From Camelus dromedarius (Eukaryota), in assembly GCF_036321535.1 (NCBI RefSeq), contig NC_087437.1, positions 63,862,001 through 63,926,000 of the forward strand: 64,000 bases of DNA. Reading direction: 5' to 3'. The notes beneath the pieces are model-generated. The model had not been told where the DNA came from. It saw only the letters and a program-made list of their open reading frames with translations, and did no database searches. Both the position numbers and the translations under genes were made by a program. This document shows, in pieces, positions 13,741 through 57,206 of the stretch. How positions within the stretch are numbered: the first letter of the stretch is position 1; each line of letters opens with the position of its first letter.

Positions 13741-14149
13741 CGAACTAACTTGGGGGTAGCGACTGCAAAACCTGAAAAGGTTGTGTCCTCTCAGCTGCTC
13801 CTGTGCAGACGCCTGCCTCCACCAGTGACTTGAAGTTCTGGAGAGCAGGGGCTAGGTGGCCAGGGTCTAGCTTCCCCAGTCCCCCGACACAGTACTCTGC
13901 ACTGGGTGCTCAGTCAGTGTTTGCTGAGTGAATTAAGAGGATGACCTGTTTAAGTAAGTACTGTTACATGAAAGCTGTTGTTTCTCTCTGGCTGCATACA
14001 CAAGGTCTGGGGTCTTCCTAGAAATAAGTCAGCAAAGATAATAAAAGTAAAGTGTACAGTATGGCCATTACTCACTAAAGGCACACTGTTTAAGTTACAG
14101 AATAAACTGCCTCACTTGTCACTGTCACTATTTGCTTAGAAATTTTAAG

Positions 14150-15258
14150 GAATCAAACCCACGATGAGATACACCTCACTCCCACTAGGATGGCTATGAT
14201 GACAGACAAAACAAGTATGGGGAGGATGTGGAGAATCAGAACCCTCATCCTTTGCTGCTTTGAATGTAAAATGGTGCAGCCACTTTGGAAAACAGCTGGG
14301 TAGTTCCTCAAAATGTTTAACATAGAGTTATCACGTGACCCGGTGTCTTAGTCCTTTTGGGCTGCTGTGACAAATTACCATAGCCTAGGTGGCTTACAAA
14401 ACATTTATTTTTTGCAGTTCTGGAGGCTGGGAAGTCCACGTTCAGGTCACCAGTAGATTTGGTGTTTGGTGAGAGCCCACTTCCTGGCTCATAGATGTCA
14501 TTTTCTCGCTGTGTCCTTGTGTGGTAGAAGCAGAGTTAGAGAACTCTCTGGGGTCTCTTTTGTAAAAGCACTAATCCCATTCATCAGTGCTCCACCCTCA
14601 TGACCAATCACCTCCCCAAAGCCTTACCTCCTAATACCATCACATTGAGAGGTTAGGATTTTAACACATGCATTTGGAGTGAAGGAACACAAACATTTGA
14701 TCCATAACATCTACCAGTTCTACTCCTGGGTATTTACCCAAGAGAATTGAAAACATGTCTATGCAAGAAACTGTACACAAATGTTCAGTTCATAGCGACA
14801 TTATTCATAACAGTCAAAAAGTGGACACAATCCAAATGTCCATAGCTGATGAATGAATTTTTTAAATGTGGTATATCTGTACTATGGAATATTATTTGGC
14901 TACAAAAAGGAATGAAGTACTGATGCATGCTACAACAGAGATGAATCTTGAAAGTATTATGCTCAGTGAAAATAGCTAGACACTGAGGGCTATTACATGA
15001 TACCATGTATGTGAAATGTCTGGAACAGGCAAGTCCATCAAGACAGAGAGTAAACTAGTGGTTGACAGGAGGTGGGGGTGGGGTGGGAAATGAGCAATGA
15101 ATAATGGGTGTGGGGTTTCTTTGGGGAGGGTGTTGATAATTTTCTGGAATTAGTGGTGAAGGTTGCACAACCTTGAGAATAAAACCTATGGAATTATATA
15201 CTTTAAAAGGATGAATTTTATGGTACATGAATTATATCTCAATGAAAAAAATAATTAA
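14150..15258 (+). mobile_element. L1 (L1MB-like) ORF2 end and 3' UTR, interrupted by an MLT1 LTR
   Basis: atgagatacacctcactcccactaggatggctat ... aaatggtgcagccactttggaaaac ... tggtacatgaattatatctcaatgaaaaaaa. Confidence 0.85.
14344..14709 (-). mobile_element. Solo MaLR LTR (MLT1A-like, 366 bp) nested in L1
   Basis: TG...CA ends (tgtcttagtcc ... tccataaca), internal ttctggaggctgggaagtcc; L1 sequence resumes on both sides. Confidence 0.85.
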
Positions 15259-15869
15259 AGGAGGCTATCCTAGAGCAAGACTTGGCCTCACAAGGCAGGC
15301 AGTGGGCCTTCCTCACCCACGGTGGCGAGTTCCTTGGAGAGAGCTGGGTTGGAGGTGGAGGCTGGAAGTAGGTCCCTCATCAGCAGCATTCTATGTGACC
15401 AGGATCTATGAAGAAGGCCTGGGGCACCCAGGACGAGGCTGAAAGAAAGTTGAGTGTTCCTTTATTAAATAGAATAAAACAAAAGTGGACCTAAATTAAA
15501 TTGGGATAAATAACAGCTTAGCACAGTAGAGCAGGACAAGCTCTGAAGTCGGAATGAGAATCTGTGATTGAGTTCTGCTGCTGCTTTGCTCTGTACCTGC
15601 CAATGGGATTCCTGCCTCCGGCCTGGGTTCCCTCATCAGGGCAGAGCAGGGGGGGTTGTTATTACTCGACTTGCTTATCTTAGAAGGGTGAAATGAGGAT
15701 GCAGTGAAATCTGGCCTGTGAAGGTGTTTTGAAGGCTGTACCCAGTCATTCCTAGATACTTGTCTTTTTTCCTATTTTAGACTATTTTGTCTTTCCTAAG
15801 CATACATTAAGCAGATGCTAAGTATGATTTATTTTTAGTAACAGTAAAATTGTATTAAATAAACGTCAT

Positions 15870-15952
15870 ATTTTATTTTTTAATTTATTTTTATAGAAGT
15901 ATAGTTGATTTACAATGTTGTGTTGATTTCTGGTGTACAGCAAAGTGATTCG

Positions 15953-16006
<54 letters not shown>

Positions 16007-16148
16007 ATATATACTTTTTCAGATTCTTTTCCATTATAGTTTATTACAAAATATTGAATATAGTTCTCTGTGCTCTTGTTGTTTATCTCTTTTATATATA
16101 GTAGTTAGTGTCTCCAAATCCTGAATTCCCAATTTATCCCTCCCCCAC
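15870..16148 (-). mobile_element. Cetartiodactyl-type L1 3' end, 5'-truncated, containing (TA)n
   Basis: gaagtatagttgatttacaatgttgtgttgatttctggtgtacagcaaagtgattc ... cagattcttttccattatag. Confidence 0.8.
15957..16002. repeat. (TA)23 microsatellite
   Basis: Perfect TA dinucleotide run. Confidence 0.95.
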
Positions 16149-17323
16149 CAACATCACACTTTTAGAATCATTGTAGATTGGTGTTTTCCAGAGGCAGTAA
16201 GCAGCCCGTATGGTTGGGGTAGGTGAGGAGAAAGGGAATGTGGCCTATGATGAGACGTAGAGTCTTAACTCCAGAGCAGGAGTTTGGGCTTTATTTTGTA
16301 GGTACTAGGGAATTGTGGCGTGCTTTTGAGCAGGACAGTGTCATGATGGAAGGGGATATGAGGATCTTGACGTAGAGGATAGTGTAGGTAGAAGATTTGA
16401 AACCAGGAGAGATTGATGAGTCCCGAGCAGCTGGATTCTAGCTGCAATGGAGAGGAGGGGGTGCTACCTGGGCAGAACCCTAATAGGAATGAAGAGAGCA
16501 GAGAGCCTGGTCTTGTCTGTCCAGAGCCATTGAGATGGACCAGCCACCTCCATGAAAAAGGATCTCATTACAGAAGCCTCCAGGCAGAGATAATGTGGCT
16601 TTGAGCAGTCTTTTTTCTTTGTAAAAGAAAAATTTTAAAGAGGCATCACTATGATAAAAAAAAAAGTTAAAATATGTAACATTTTTTTTAAAAGCCACTT
16701 AGCACCTAATTAAGCATGGTACAGTATACAAGGAACCCTGCCGATGTGCCTTCTGAATATATAATTTAAGATTATCCTTCCTTGATATATTTTATTTTAT
16801 GTTATAATGGGATTCTGCTGAGGTCCCCAGAGCTTCCCACCAGCACCATGTAGGACAAATGAACTCGGGAGCAGGCAGGAGGAACTCATCAGGCTTGTCA
16901 GCTCCTTTTATTTGGGATTCATTTGGTTGCTAGTTTTGTGTGTTTGTAAACAGAAAAAGAACTAGAACAGAAAGAGTGGTACCTGTCTTTAGGGCTGGGG
17001 TCCCCAGGTCACATCTGCAGAGTAATGGGAGCTGGTCTTCAGCCCCCAGGGGCCCTAAGGTGGTCTAGCCCCTTGTGGGCCAGGTGGGAGGATCTAGAAA
17101 ATCAGAACCCAGCTTTGGCTTGCACTTAAGTGAGGGGATTTCAGACCCTGCTGTGAAGAGGAAGCACTGTGGTTGTCTGTGCAGGAGCCACTGAGAGTGG
17201 AAGAGGGTCTGGAAGAGGGTCTAGGGTGGAGTGGAGCTGGGTCACCTTTAGTGTGCTGGGGCTCAGCCAAGGCAGGAGGGTTATCAGAGCTGGAAGGGGG
17301 GCAGGTTTGAAAAGTCTCCCTGG

Positions 17324-17488
17324 TAGGGTTGCCAGGGAAAATACAGTCACCCAGTTAAACTTGAATTTCAGATAAACAGCAAGTAATTGTTTCGTATGAT
17401 TATGTCCCCAGTAGTGCACTGGGCATACTTAATACTAAAAAAATGTATTCGTTGTTTATCTGAAAGTCAAATTTAACTGATCATCTTG
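17324..17488. mobile_element. MER53-like palindromic hAT MITE
   Basis: tagggttgccag terminus; inverted arms cagttaaacttgaatttcagataaaca and tgtttatctgaaagtcaaatttaactg. Confidence 0.85.
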
Positions 17489-19049
17489 CCCCCTCTCCCC
17501 CATTAGCAAATTTGGCTCTTTGGGGGAATCTGATCCCTCACTTCCTACCACCACCACCACATACACCCTGTGAACCACCTTGCAAGGAGCAAACTGACTT
17601 GTCCAGAACAGAATCCATGCAAAACAGCAGATTGCGAGGGGGTCTTTCCCAACTCATTTCCTTCTTTCCAAACCCATTCATTCTTCATTCCTCTTTGCTT
17701 TTTGACTTTCCCAGGACTGGCAAATAGGAAGCCTATGGCAGCAGGCCCATGGAGCCTCCTGAAACCCCAGAGGGGAGAGGCAGCAAGAATGGCAGTGCCT
17801 GAGGCCGGCTGCTGGGAGTCCTTGCAGCCTTCGCCACAGAGACACCGCACAAACTGAGCAACGTAACTTTACTCATAGCCAAGTCAAACGTGCAGCCTGG
17901 ATAGCAAGAGATTGGGCTTCTGAAGGGCTGGCGTTTTAGGAATGCTGGCAGAGTTGTAAATATTCATAGGCATCTTCTCTGGGTTTCTGGAGACCAGAAT
18001 TCCAAACATTCCCCTCTAGAGGGGATTTTTCCTGGTGTGGTCCTAGGACCTTCTGGACCTAAACCATCTGCAGGGCTGGTTTTAAAAGGAGGGGCTGAGG
18101 CCACTCCTAGGGCTGAGGTTTGCTGTATTGTCAGGTGTACCCGTTACTACACACACACACACGTACACACACACACGTTCCATGTGGTTGGATATGTCCA
18201 GTGAGCTTGGCGCAGAGAGAACCAACAAACCTTTTAATTAGACCTTGTTTACCTGTTGTTGTGAATGATGCTTGTTATTATTTACTGATTAAGTATTTTA
18301 CATAAGGACAGTTGAAGGGGTTCAATCACGATAATTGTTTTTAGTGGAGAAAAAAAGTCGATCAGCATTTGGACACTTGTACCTGAGGTGTGAGCTCATT
18401 TTGAGCTACAAACTCCTTCCTGGAAGGCTGTAAGCAGAATTTCCATCAGATTTCAATGATCCCTCCTCTCCATTTATAACGTTAGTTTCTGCACAGGGAC
18501 CTTAGCATCTGTGAAGACCTGGGGCACATTCCTGCTTGTTTGGTGGGTAGCGTGTGTGATGGGGTATGAGGCGTGGGGGTGTGTGTTTGACGTACCGATC
18601 TCTTACTTTTCCATTCTCAGTTCCAGTTTGCTGAAATCACCCTTCCCAACGGAGCCTTCCTAAAGACCCCTCTCTCACCCCCAGCACCCTCCTCCTGCTT
18701 GTCCCATTTTGTGTTTAGTGAATGGGAGAGAGGAGCACTGAGGCATCCTAAGCTCAGCAAAGCCATTTGGACCCCTATTGGGTATCTGTGCATCATTTTA
18801 TCTGGATTTGCACCGTCTGTTGCTACTGGCCTTCTGGCTGCAGGAGGAGTCAGATTACAGCAGGAGAGGCCAGGAGGATTAGTATGGAGATACAGCAGGG
18901 CCCATTGATAATTACCTCGGGGCACATGTCTCAAAGTAGAGACTGGTCCTTCTTTCTGGCCTCAGATTGAGGAAAGACCTCTTTTTCCCTGTCCAGGCGG
19001 CTCCTCATCTTCTCTCTGCTCATCCCTCCTGGATCTTACTCCTGTTCTC

Positions 19050-21770
19050 TTTTTATTACAGTATAATTTGCATACAGTAGAATTCACCTTCTCCAGTGTA
19101 CAGTACTGTGGATTTGACAAGGGCACATACACACATAACCACAAACACAGGCAAGATATAGACAGTTCCATCACCCCAGAAGATTTCCTCCTGCTGCCCC
19201 TTTTAGCCAACCTCTTCCCCGCCCCCTGGCAACCACAGATCTCTTTTCCGTCCTGCAGTTTTGTCTTTTCCAGAATGCCATATAAATGGAATCATATAGT
19301 TTGTAGCCTTTGGAGTGTGACTTCTTTCACTCAGCACAGTGTGTTTGTGACTCGTCCATGTTGTTGGGTGTTATCAGTGGATTGTTCTGTTTTGTAGATG
19401 AGTGGTATTCCATAAACATTCCTGCACAGGTTTTTGTGTGTACGTAACTTTTCCTTTGATTTGGGCAGATACCTGCGAACAAGGTTGCTGGTCACATGAC
19501 AAGTGTTGTGTGTACTTTTATGAGAAATGCTAAGCTAATTTCCAAGTGGCTGTACCATTTTTCATTCCTACTAGCAAGGTACCAGAATTCCAGTTGCTAC
19601 ACACTCTTACCAGTACCAGTATTGGCAGTTCTTTTTTCTTTTCTTTTCTTTTTTAAAATTTAATTTCATTTTAACCATTCTAATAGTGTTTAGTAGTATC
19701 TCATTGATTTTTTTTAAAAAAAATTTTGCGTTTCCCTAATGGCTAGTGATTTTGAGTATCTTTCTGTGTGCTTATTTGTCTTCCTTATATTTTCTTTGGT
19801 AAATTGTCTACTCAAATATTCTACTCATATAAAAAGTGGGTTTTGTTTTCTTATTTTTGACTTGAGAGCTCTTTATGAATTTTGGATGCAAGTCTTTTTA
19901 TTAAATAGATGCTAGTCCTTTTATCAGATATGTGATTTACAAACAATTTCTCCCTTTCTGTGGCTTGTCTTTTCATTATCTTAACAGTGTCTTTTGGAGG
20001 CAAATGTTCTTAATTTTGATGAAGTCTATTTTATCAATTTATCATTACTTTTCTTTTATGAATCATGTTTTGCTGTTGTATATTAGAAATCTCTGCGTAA
20101 TCCAAAGTCTTGTATTTTCTTCTGGAAGTGTAATAGTTTTAGGTTTTACATTTAGTCTTACAAACTGTTCTGAGTACATTTTGGTATATTTTGTAAGGTT
20201 TGAGTTAATCATATGGATATCCAGTTGTTCTGGCACTGTTTGTTGAAAGATTATTCTTCCTCCATTTAGTTGCCTCTGTATATTTGTCAAACATAAAGGT
20301 GTGATAAGTGATTTGTAGATGCTTTCTCCCATTCTGTGAGTTGTCTTTTCACTTTTCTGATGGTTCCTTTTGAAGTCCAAAACTTTTTAATTTTGATGGA
20401 GTGCAATTTATCTTCTTTCTTTTTCCTGTTGTCATTTGTGCTTTTGGTGTAATCTCTAACAAATCATTGCCTAATCCTAGGTCATGAAGATTTACTTGTA
20501 TGTTTTCTTCTAAGAGTTTTATAGCTGTAGCTTTTATATTTAGGTGTCTGACCTACTTTGAGTTAATTTTGTTTATAATATGAGGTAGAGGTCATTCTTT
20601 TGCATGTGGATATAAACTTATCTGAGCATCATTTGCTGAAAAGACTATTCTTCTCCGTTCTCATTGAATTATCTTGGTACTCTTGTCAAAAACCAACAAA
20701 TCATAAATGTAAGGGTCTATTTCTGGACTCTCAGTTCTATTCTATTGATCCATATTTCCATTCTTAGACCAGTATCGCACTAACTTAATTACTGTACTTT
20801 TATAGTAAGTTTTGAAATTGAGTAGTGTGAGTCTTACAACTTGATTCATCTTCTTCAAAATTATTTTGGTTATTCTAGTTGCTTTGCTCTTCCATATAAA
20901 TTTTAGCTTTGGTTAATTTCTTTTTTTAAAAAAACGTGCTTGGTTTTTTATTATGATTGTGTTGCATTTATACATCAGTTTGGGGAGAATTGACATCTGA
21001 ACAATTTTTAGTTTTCCAATACATGAACATGGTGTGTCTCTTCATTTATTTTAGTCTTTTAAAATTTCTTTCATCGATGTTTTATGGTTTTCAGTGAATA
21101 GGTTTGCAATATTTTGATAGAGTTATACATAAATATTTCATCATTTTGGTGATATTTAAATGGCACTTTAAAAAAATTCACTTCTGATTGTTCACTGCTT
21201 GCTTATAGAAATATAGTTGCTTTTTGTATATTGACTCTGTATCCTGTGATCTTGTGTCCTTTTATTTCTAAATTTGCTTGTTAATTCTGGTAGCTGTTTT
21301 GTAGATTCTTTGGGATTTTCTACATAGGTGATCTTACCATCTGCAAATACAGACAGTTTTATTTCCTCCTTTCCAATCTATATGCATTTTATTTCTTTTT
21401 CTTGTCTTATTGCATGGTCTAGGACCTCCAGTATAATATTGAATACAAGTAACGGGAGGGGACAATCTTGCTTTATTCCTAGTGTTAGGGGAAAACATTC
21501 AGTCTTTCACTATTAAGTATGGTGTTAGCTATAGGTTTTTGTGCATGTCATTGACCAGATTGAGGCATTTCCCTTCCATTCTAATTTGTTGTTTTTTAAA
21601 AAAATATTGCATAGATGTTAAATTTTGCCTAATACTTTTTCAGTAACTATTGAAATAACCATATGGTTTTCTATTTAATCTGTTAATATGGCGAATTACA
21701 TTGATATTCAATGTTGAACCAACCTTTCATTTCTGGGATAAACCCCACTTGGCCATGTTGCATTATCATG
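19050..21770 (-). mobile_element. About 2.7 kb of old L1 (L1M-type) 3' UTR and ORF2 remnants, probably two segments
   Basis: AT-rich reverse L1 text: tataaatggaatcatatag, ccaagtggctgtaccatttt, ttgaaagattattc, ggggagaattgacatc, gggataaaccccacttgg; many stops. Confidence 0.9.
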
Positions 21771-24345
21771 ACTCATTATTCTGTCTGAAGGTAGCTCCTC
21801 ATATTCTCCCTTCTAGTTTCTCCTGTCTCACTCATGTTTTTATCATCTGGCACCTTACTCTCTCCTTTCAAAAGATATGCCCTAGCTAGAAAATTCTTCA
21901 AAATTCTCTGTAGTCTGCACCTTCAGCCTCTACCTCCTCATCTCATTCTCTCTCCTTAGCTCTCTCTCAGTGTCCTCCAGTGACTTCCAGGAGGCATGTC
22001 CTCAGAGTCTCCCTTCATAGCCACTGCACTGGTTTATACTGCAGGTCATGGTCTGTTTTTTCCTGGACCTTCTCCTCCCTGATCTTCCTTCTGAGTCAGC
22101 TCTACCTTGCCAGCCTCCAGCCTCATATAGGTTTTTGCTCCCCGATACTTTGGGATTCTGCAGAAGCCTCCTGACCCATCTCTCAACAACCTGCACTGCT
22201 CTCGCCCCTGATGAAACTCTGTGCTCATTCTTTGGTTTAACAGTGTTTGTGGCTTCTCTTGTAGAAGGATTGTGCCAGGTCATCTCAGCCTGACTTTCAG
22301 ATGCCTCTTCAATCTGGCTCCAGTCTGTCTTTCTGGCTCCATCTTCTCCCTGTAGACTTCCCCTCAGGATCAGGGAGCCTGGGTTATTTATTCAAGGACC
22401 CTGAGTACCTTACATGCCTGAGCTTCCTGGATACTCTCTCCAGGGGCGCTCTTTCCCATGTCTGCCAGCCTTGCCAAATATGCCCCTAATCCTGGGGCTC
22501 AGTGCACCTGGGGTCTACCCAGGGGCCTCCTCTCATCACTCCATCTTCCCCTCTGGTCCCTCTTGCTTGGTAGGAGTCAGTTTCTGCTTCCTGTTATTGG
22601 TTCTCTGTCAGTCTTGACCACTTATCTCCTCAATCAGACTATAAGCTTTGGTAGAGCAGGTGTCTTCTTTGCCTGTGATCATTAGGTTGGGTTTTTCTCT
22701 GCGGTATGTTTGCATAAAGTGGCAATGGTAGGATTCTGGGTTGGGTGGGTTTGGGATGGGGTGTTGTGAGTCAGCAGTAGGGTTGGGGGAGCTGGTAATC
22801 TGAGTTTGCCCCTTCCCTGAAGGCTCCTTAAACAGGCATCCGGGAGGTATCCAGGAGGTGCTTGAGGGGAGCTCACAGTGTCCTTCAGCTGGGAAGCCAG
22901 AATGTATTATGCAGTCGAGGAGAGAGCATGACTGAGATAGGAAAGAAAAAGTCTCTTTCTGTTCATGTGCTGGGACAGATGGTATAGCATATCTCCAGGG
23001 AAAGACGGCACCACATCCAGCATGGATCCCACATGGCCTCCAGTTCTGAGACCCTGGGTGGTTGTCAGGCCCACCTCTGGGGTGGGGAAAGCCTTCAGGT
23101 AGAATGCAGCCCAGAGCCAAGGACAGGACTTCTAGGTCCAGCGACAAAGAGGTCCCTGAAAGAAGAGTGTGGGAGCTGCTGCTGGTCACCGCCAGGCAGC
23201 TGAAGTCCCAGAGGCAGGCTCTTCGGGATCCAAATGGACAAATGGAGGAGGGACCAACACAGGGCTCCCAAGGGCTGGAGGAGCCACAGCTGAAGGGGCA
23301 GGGGCCAACCTGGGCTCCCCTTCTGCAGCTGGTACTAAGAACTAAGCGTTTGGAGGGAGTGATTGAGGCCTAGAAAGCTGTGCACCTTTGCATGGCTTCT
23401 GTCCTGTGTGGCCTGAGGCAAAGGCAGGACCAGGCTCCGTTTACCCAGATATGCCAGGAGCTGTACCTGCCAAGAGAAGTTTTGACCAAACGGCACCTTT
23501 GCCAGGATCTGGAATGTGATGCCTAAACACGCTTTTGTAGCTTGTGTTTTCCCTTAGCTTTTCAGTAAGTACTGCTTTCAAAAGAATTCCAGCCTCATTT
23601 CTGTGACCTGAGGGGCAGTGGTGTTTCTCCACACGTGCATCTCTGCCAGCACGGAGGAGGGCATTGGGGTGGAGCAGGGAGCAAGGGTGGGCGCCCGCCA
23701 CTGGGTGGTGGGGGTGTCAGGAGGCTCTGGTGCAGAGAAGGAGATGAGACCTGCTGTGGACACTGGTCCCTGCTGGCGGTGACCTTATTATCCTCTCAGT
23801 CCCCAGAGGATTTGGCACAGTGCTGGATATCAGCAAGTATTTGCTTCGTTGGAGCTGATCCCTGAGAAATGACCAGCTAAGGCCTCTCTGTGGAAGAGCA
23901 GTCTTTTGTCTGATGTGGAACATGTCATACTTTCAAACGGTGACATCCTACACTGTCAAGGAAGCTTCTTTACAATGCCCCTGCCACCCCCAACACACAC
24001 AGCTCTGTCACAGCATTGCCAGCACACCCAGCCTTTTAACCTCTGGTATTTTGTGCATGGCCAGTGTGATTATCCAGTGACTAAGCATCCTTAGGGCCAT
24101 ACTCCATCACAGGCCAGCCAAGCTTTGGGCTTTGAGGACATCAGCAAGCCCAACTGGTTACACTTGGCTACTCCCAAGTAGATGGTAGATGCCTTTGGCA
24201 TTTGTTTGCTGGCAGCCAGGTGTGTGTTTGCTACAGTGGGGCCTAGGAGCTCTGAGCGCTGGAGCCGGAAGGGTCAGGGCTGGGGCTCTGGTGCCCAGTG
24301 CTCGCTCCAGGCCTGAGCTCCATGTCCTCGTCTCTCCCTCTGCAG

Positions 24346-55444
<31,099 letters not shown>

Positions 55445-56732
55445 GTGAGTCCAGCTTACCCTTCAGCCCCAGTATCCCTCCTCCCTCCCTTCTCAGCCCC
55501 TTGATAGGGCTCCTTGCAGGAGCCCAGAGTCCCACCTGGGATCAGGGGTGCCTGAGGCTGGGTTACAACTCTTGGTTGGCGTTGGAAGCAAGCCAGACTG
55601 GGGGAAGGGGCGGTTTGCAAGGGAGCCCTATTTGTATGGCTGTCTCACTTAGCCTTTGCAAAGCTCTGCAACAAGAAGATACTGTTGCTGCATCTTCCAT
55701 CCATCCCCTCATTATCAGGTGGACAAAGAAAGGGCACCTAGCACCATGCCTGGCACGGAGCAGTGGTCAGGAAACATTTGCTGAAGGAATGAGTGTGAAA
55801 AAGATCTCTCTCGCCACCCCTTCCATGTTCCCATGTGCCCTAGAAAGGACCGCAGAGCTGATGGCTTTGAGCTGCCCATCATGTAGGTGAGGTTCATTGT
55901 TTCAGACAGGGCCACACTGCTAGTAATGTGGACATGAGACCCTGTTCTCTGTTTTTCTCCCACACCCTCTCTTAGGTGTGCTGTGTCCCCTGTCCAGGCT
56001 GTGTCCTTCAACCACAGGGCATTCTGATCCATTGTAGAAATCACTCAGGTTCCCATTTGCCTTGGCTACCAAGCTTTTTCCTCAGTTCCTTCCCCACTGG
56101 TTGAAGAATTCCCAGGTTCTGGCCAGCCTGGTTCCAGAAAGCCCTCTGTCCCAGCAGGTACAGCCCTCTCCAGCTTCTGCTGCAACCATTCCTCTGCCCC
56201 TCCCTGACACTCACTTGGAGCCAAGCCTTTTGTGGGGCCCAGGTCCTGCCACCACTCCCTACACACTCTGCAGTGGGCACCATGCTCTCCTCCTGGAGGG
56301 TTGGACCTTTGTCACCTCCAAAGTCCCCTTTCTCACTCCGCCCTCCAAACAGGGTCCTTCATTAAGCTGTTAACTGTTTAGTTACCTGTTGGTCAAGGTC
56401 TCGGTGGACCAACTGTCAAAACTAGAAAGGCCTTAGGAACCATGTGCTGTTCTGCAGCCCTGCCCCTGAGCAGGTGCAGAAGTGGATGCTGAGAGAAGGG
56501 CAGGGCCAGCCGGGGTCACTTAGCAAACTCAGCCAGTTGCTTTGCTGCATTGGAGAGGCTCATCCTGGCTCCCCGCGTCTCCACCCGCTCCTTCCTCAAG
56601 GCCACGACTTCCTTCCTGCCCTGTGTTCAGTCCCTCTTGCCTTATGGTCTTGCCACTGTCAAGCCCCCCAGGCTGCTTTTCCCCCAGTGGACAGTCCCAC
56701 TTCCCTCATCTCATGGCCATGAAAGCACATCA

Positions 56733-57206
56733 TATATTCACAGTAGCCAAAAGGTGGAAACAACCCAAGTGTCCATTAACAGATAAAAGAATAAACAAAT
56801 GTGGTACATCCATACAATGGAATATTATTCTCCCATAAAAAGGACTAAGGTTCTGACACATGCTAAAACATGGATGAATCTTGAAGACATTATACTAAGT
56901 GAAAGAAGCTAGACACAAAAGGACATATATTGTATGATTCCACTTGTATGAAATGTCTAGAACAGGCAGGTTCATAGAGGCAGAAAGTGACTAGAGGGTA
57001 CTGAGGCTGGGGAGGGGGAGTGCAGGGTTATGGTTTATTGGGCACAGAGTTTCTATTTGGAGTGATTAAAGGGTTTTGGAAATAGATAGTAATGATGGTT
57101 TCACAACATTATGCATGTAATTCATGCCACTTAATTGTACACTTAAAAATGGTTAAACTGGCAAATTTTATGTTATATATATTTTACTACAACAAAACGA
57201 CCTAAA
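56733..57206 (+). mobile_element. L1 (L1MB-like) 3' end
   Basis: gtagccaaaaggtggaaacaacccaagtgtccatt ... ggcaaattttatgttatatatattttactacaa; degenerate TSD aaagcacatca/aaagcatacca. Confidence 0.88.
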
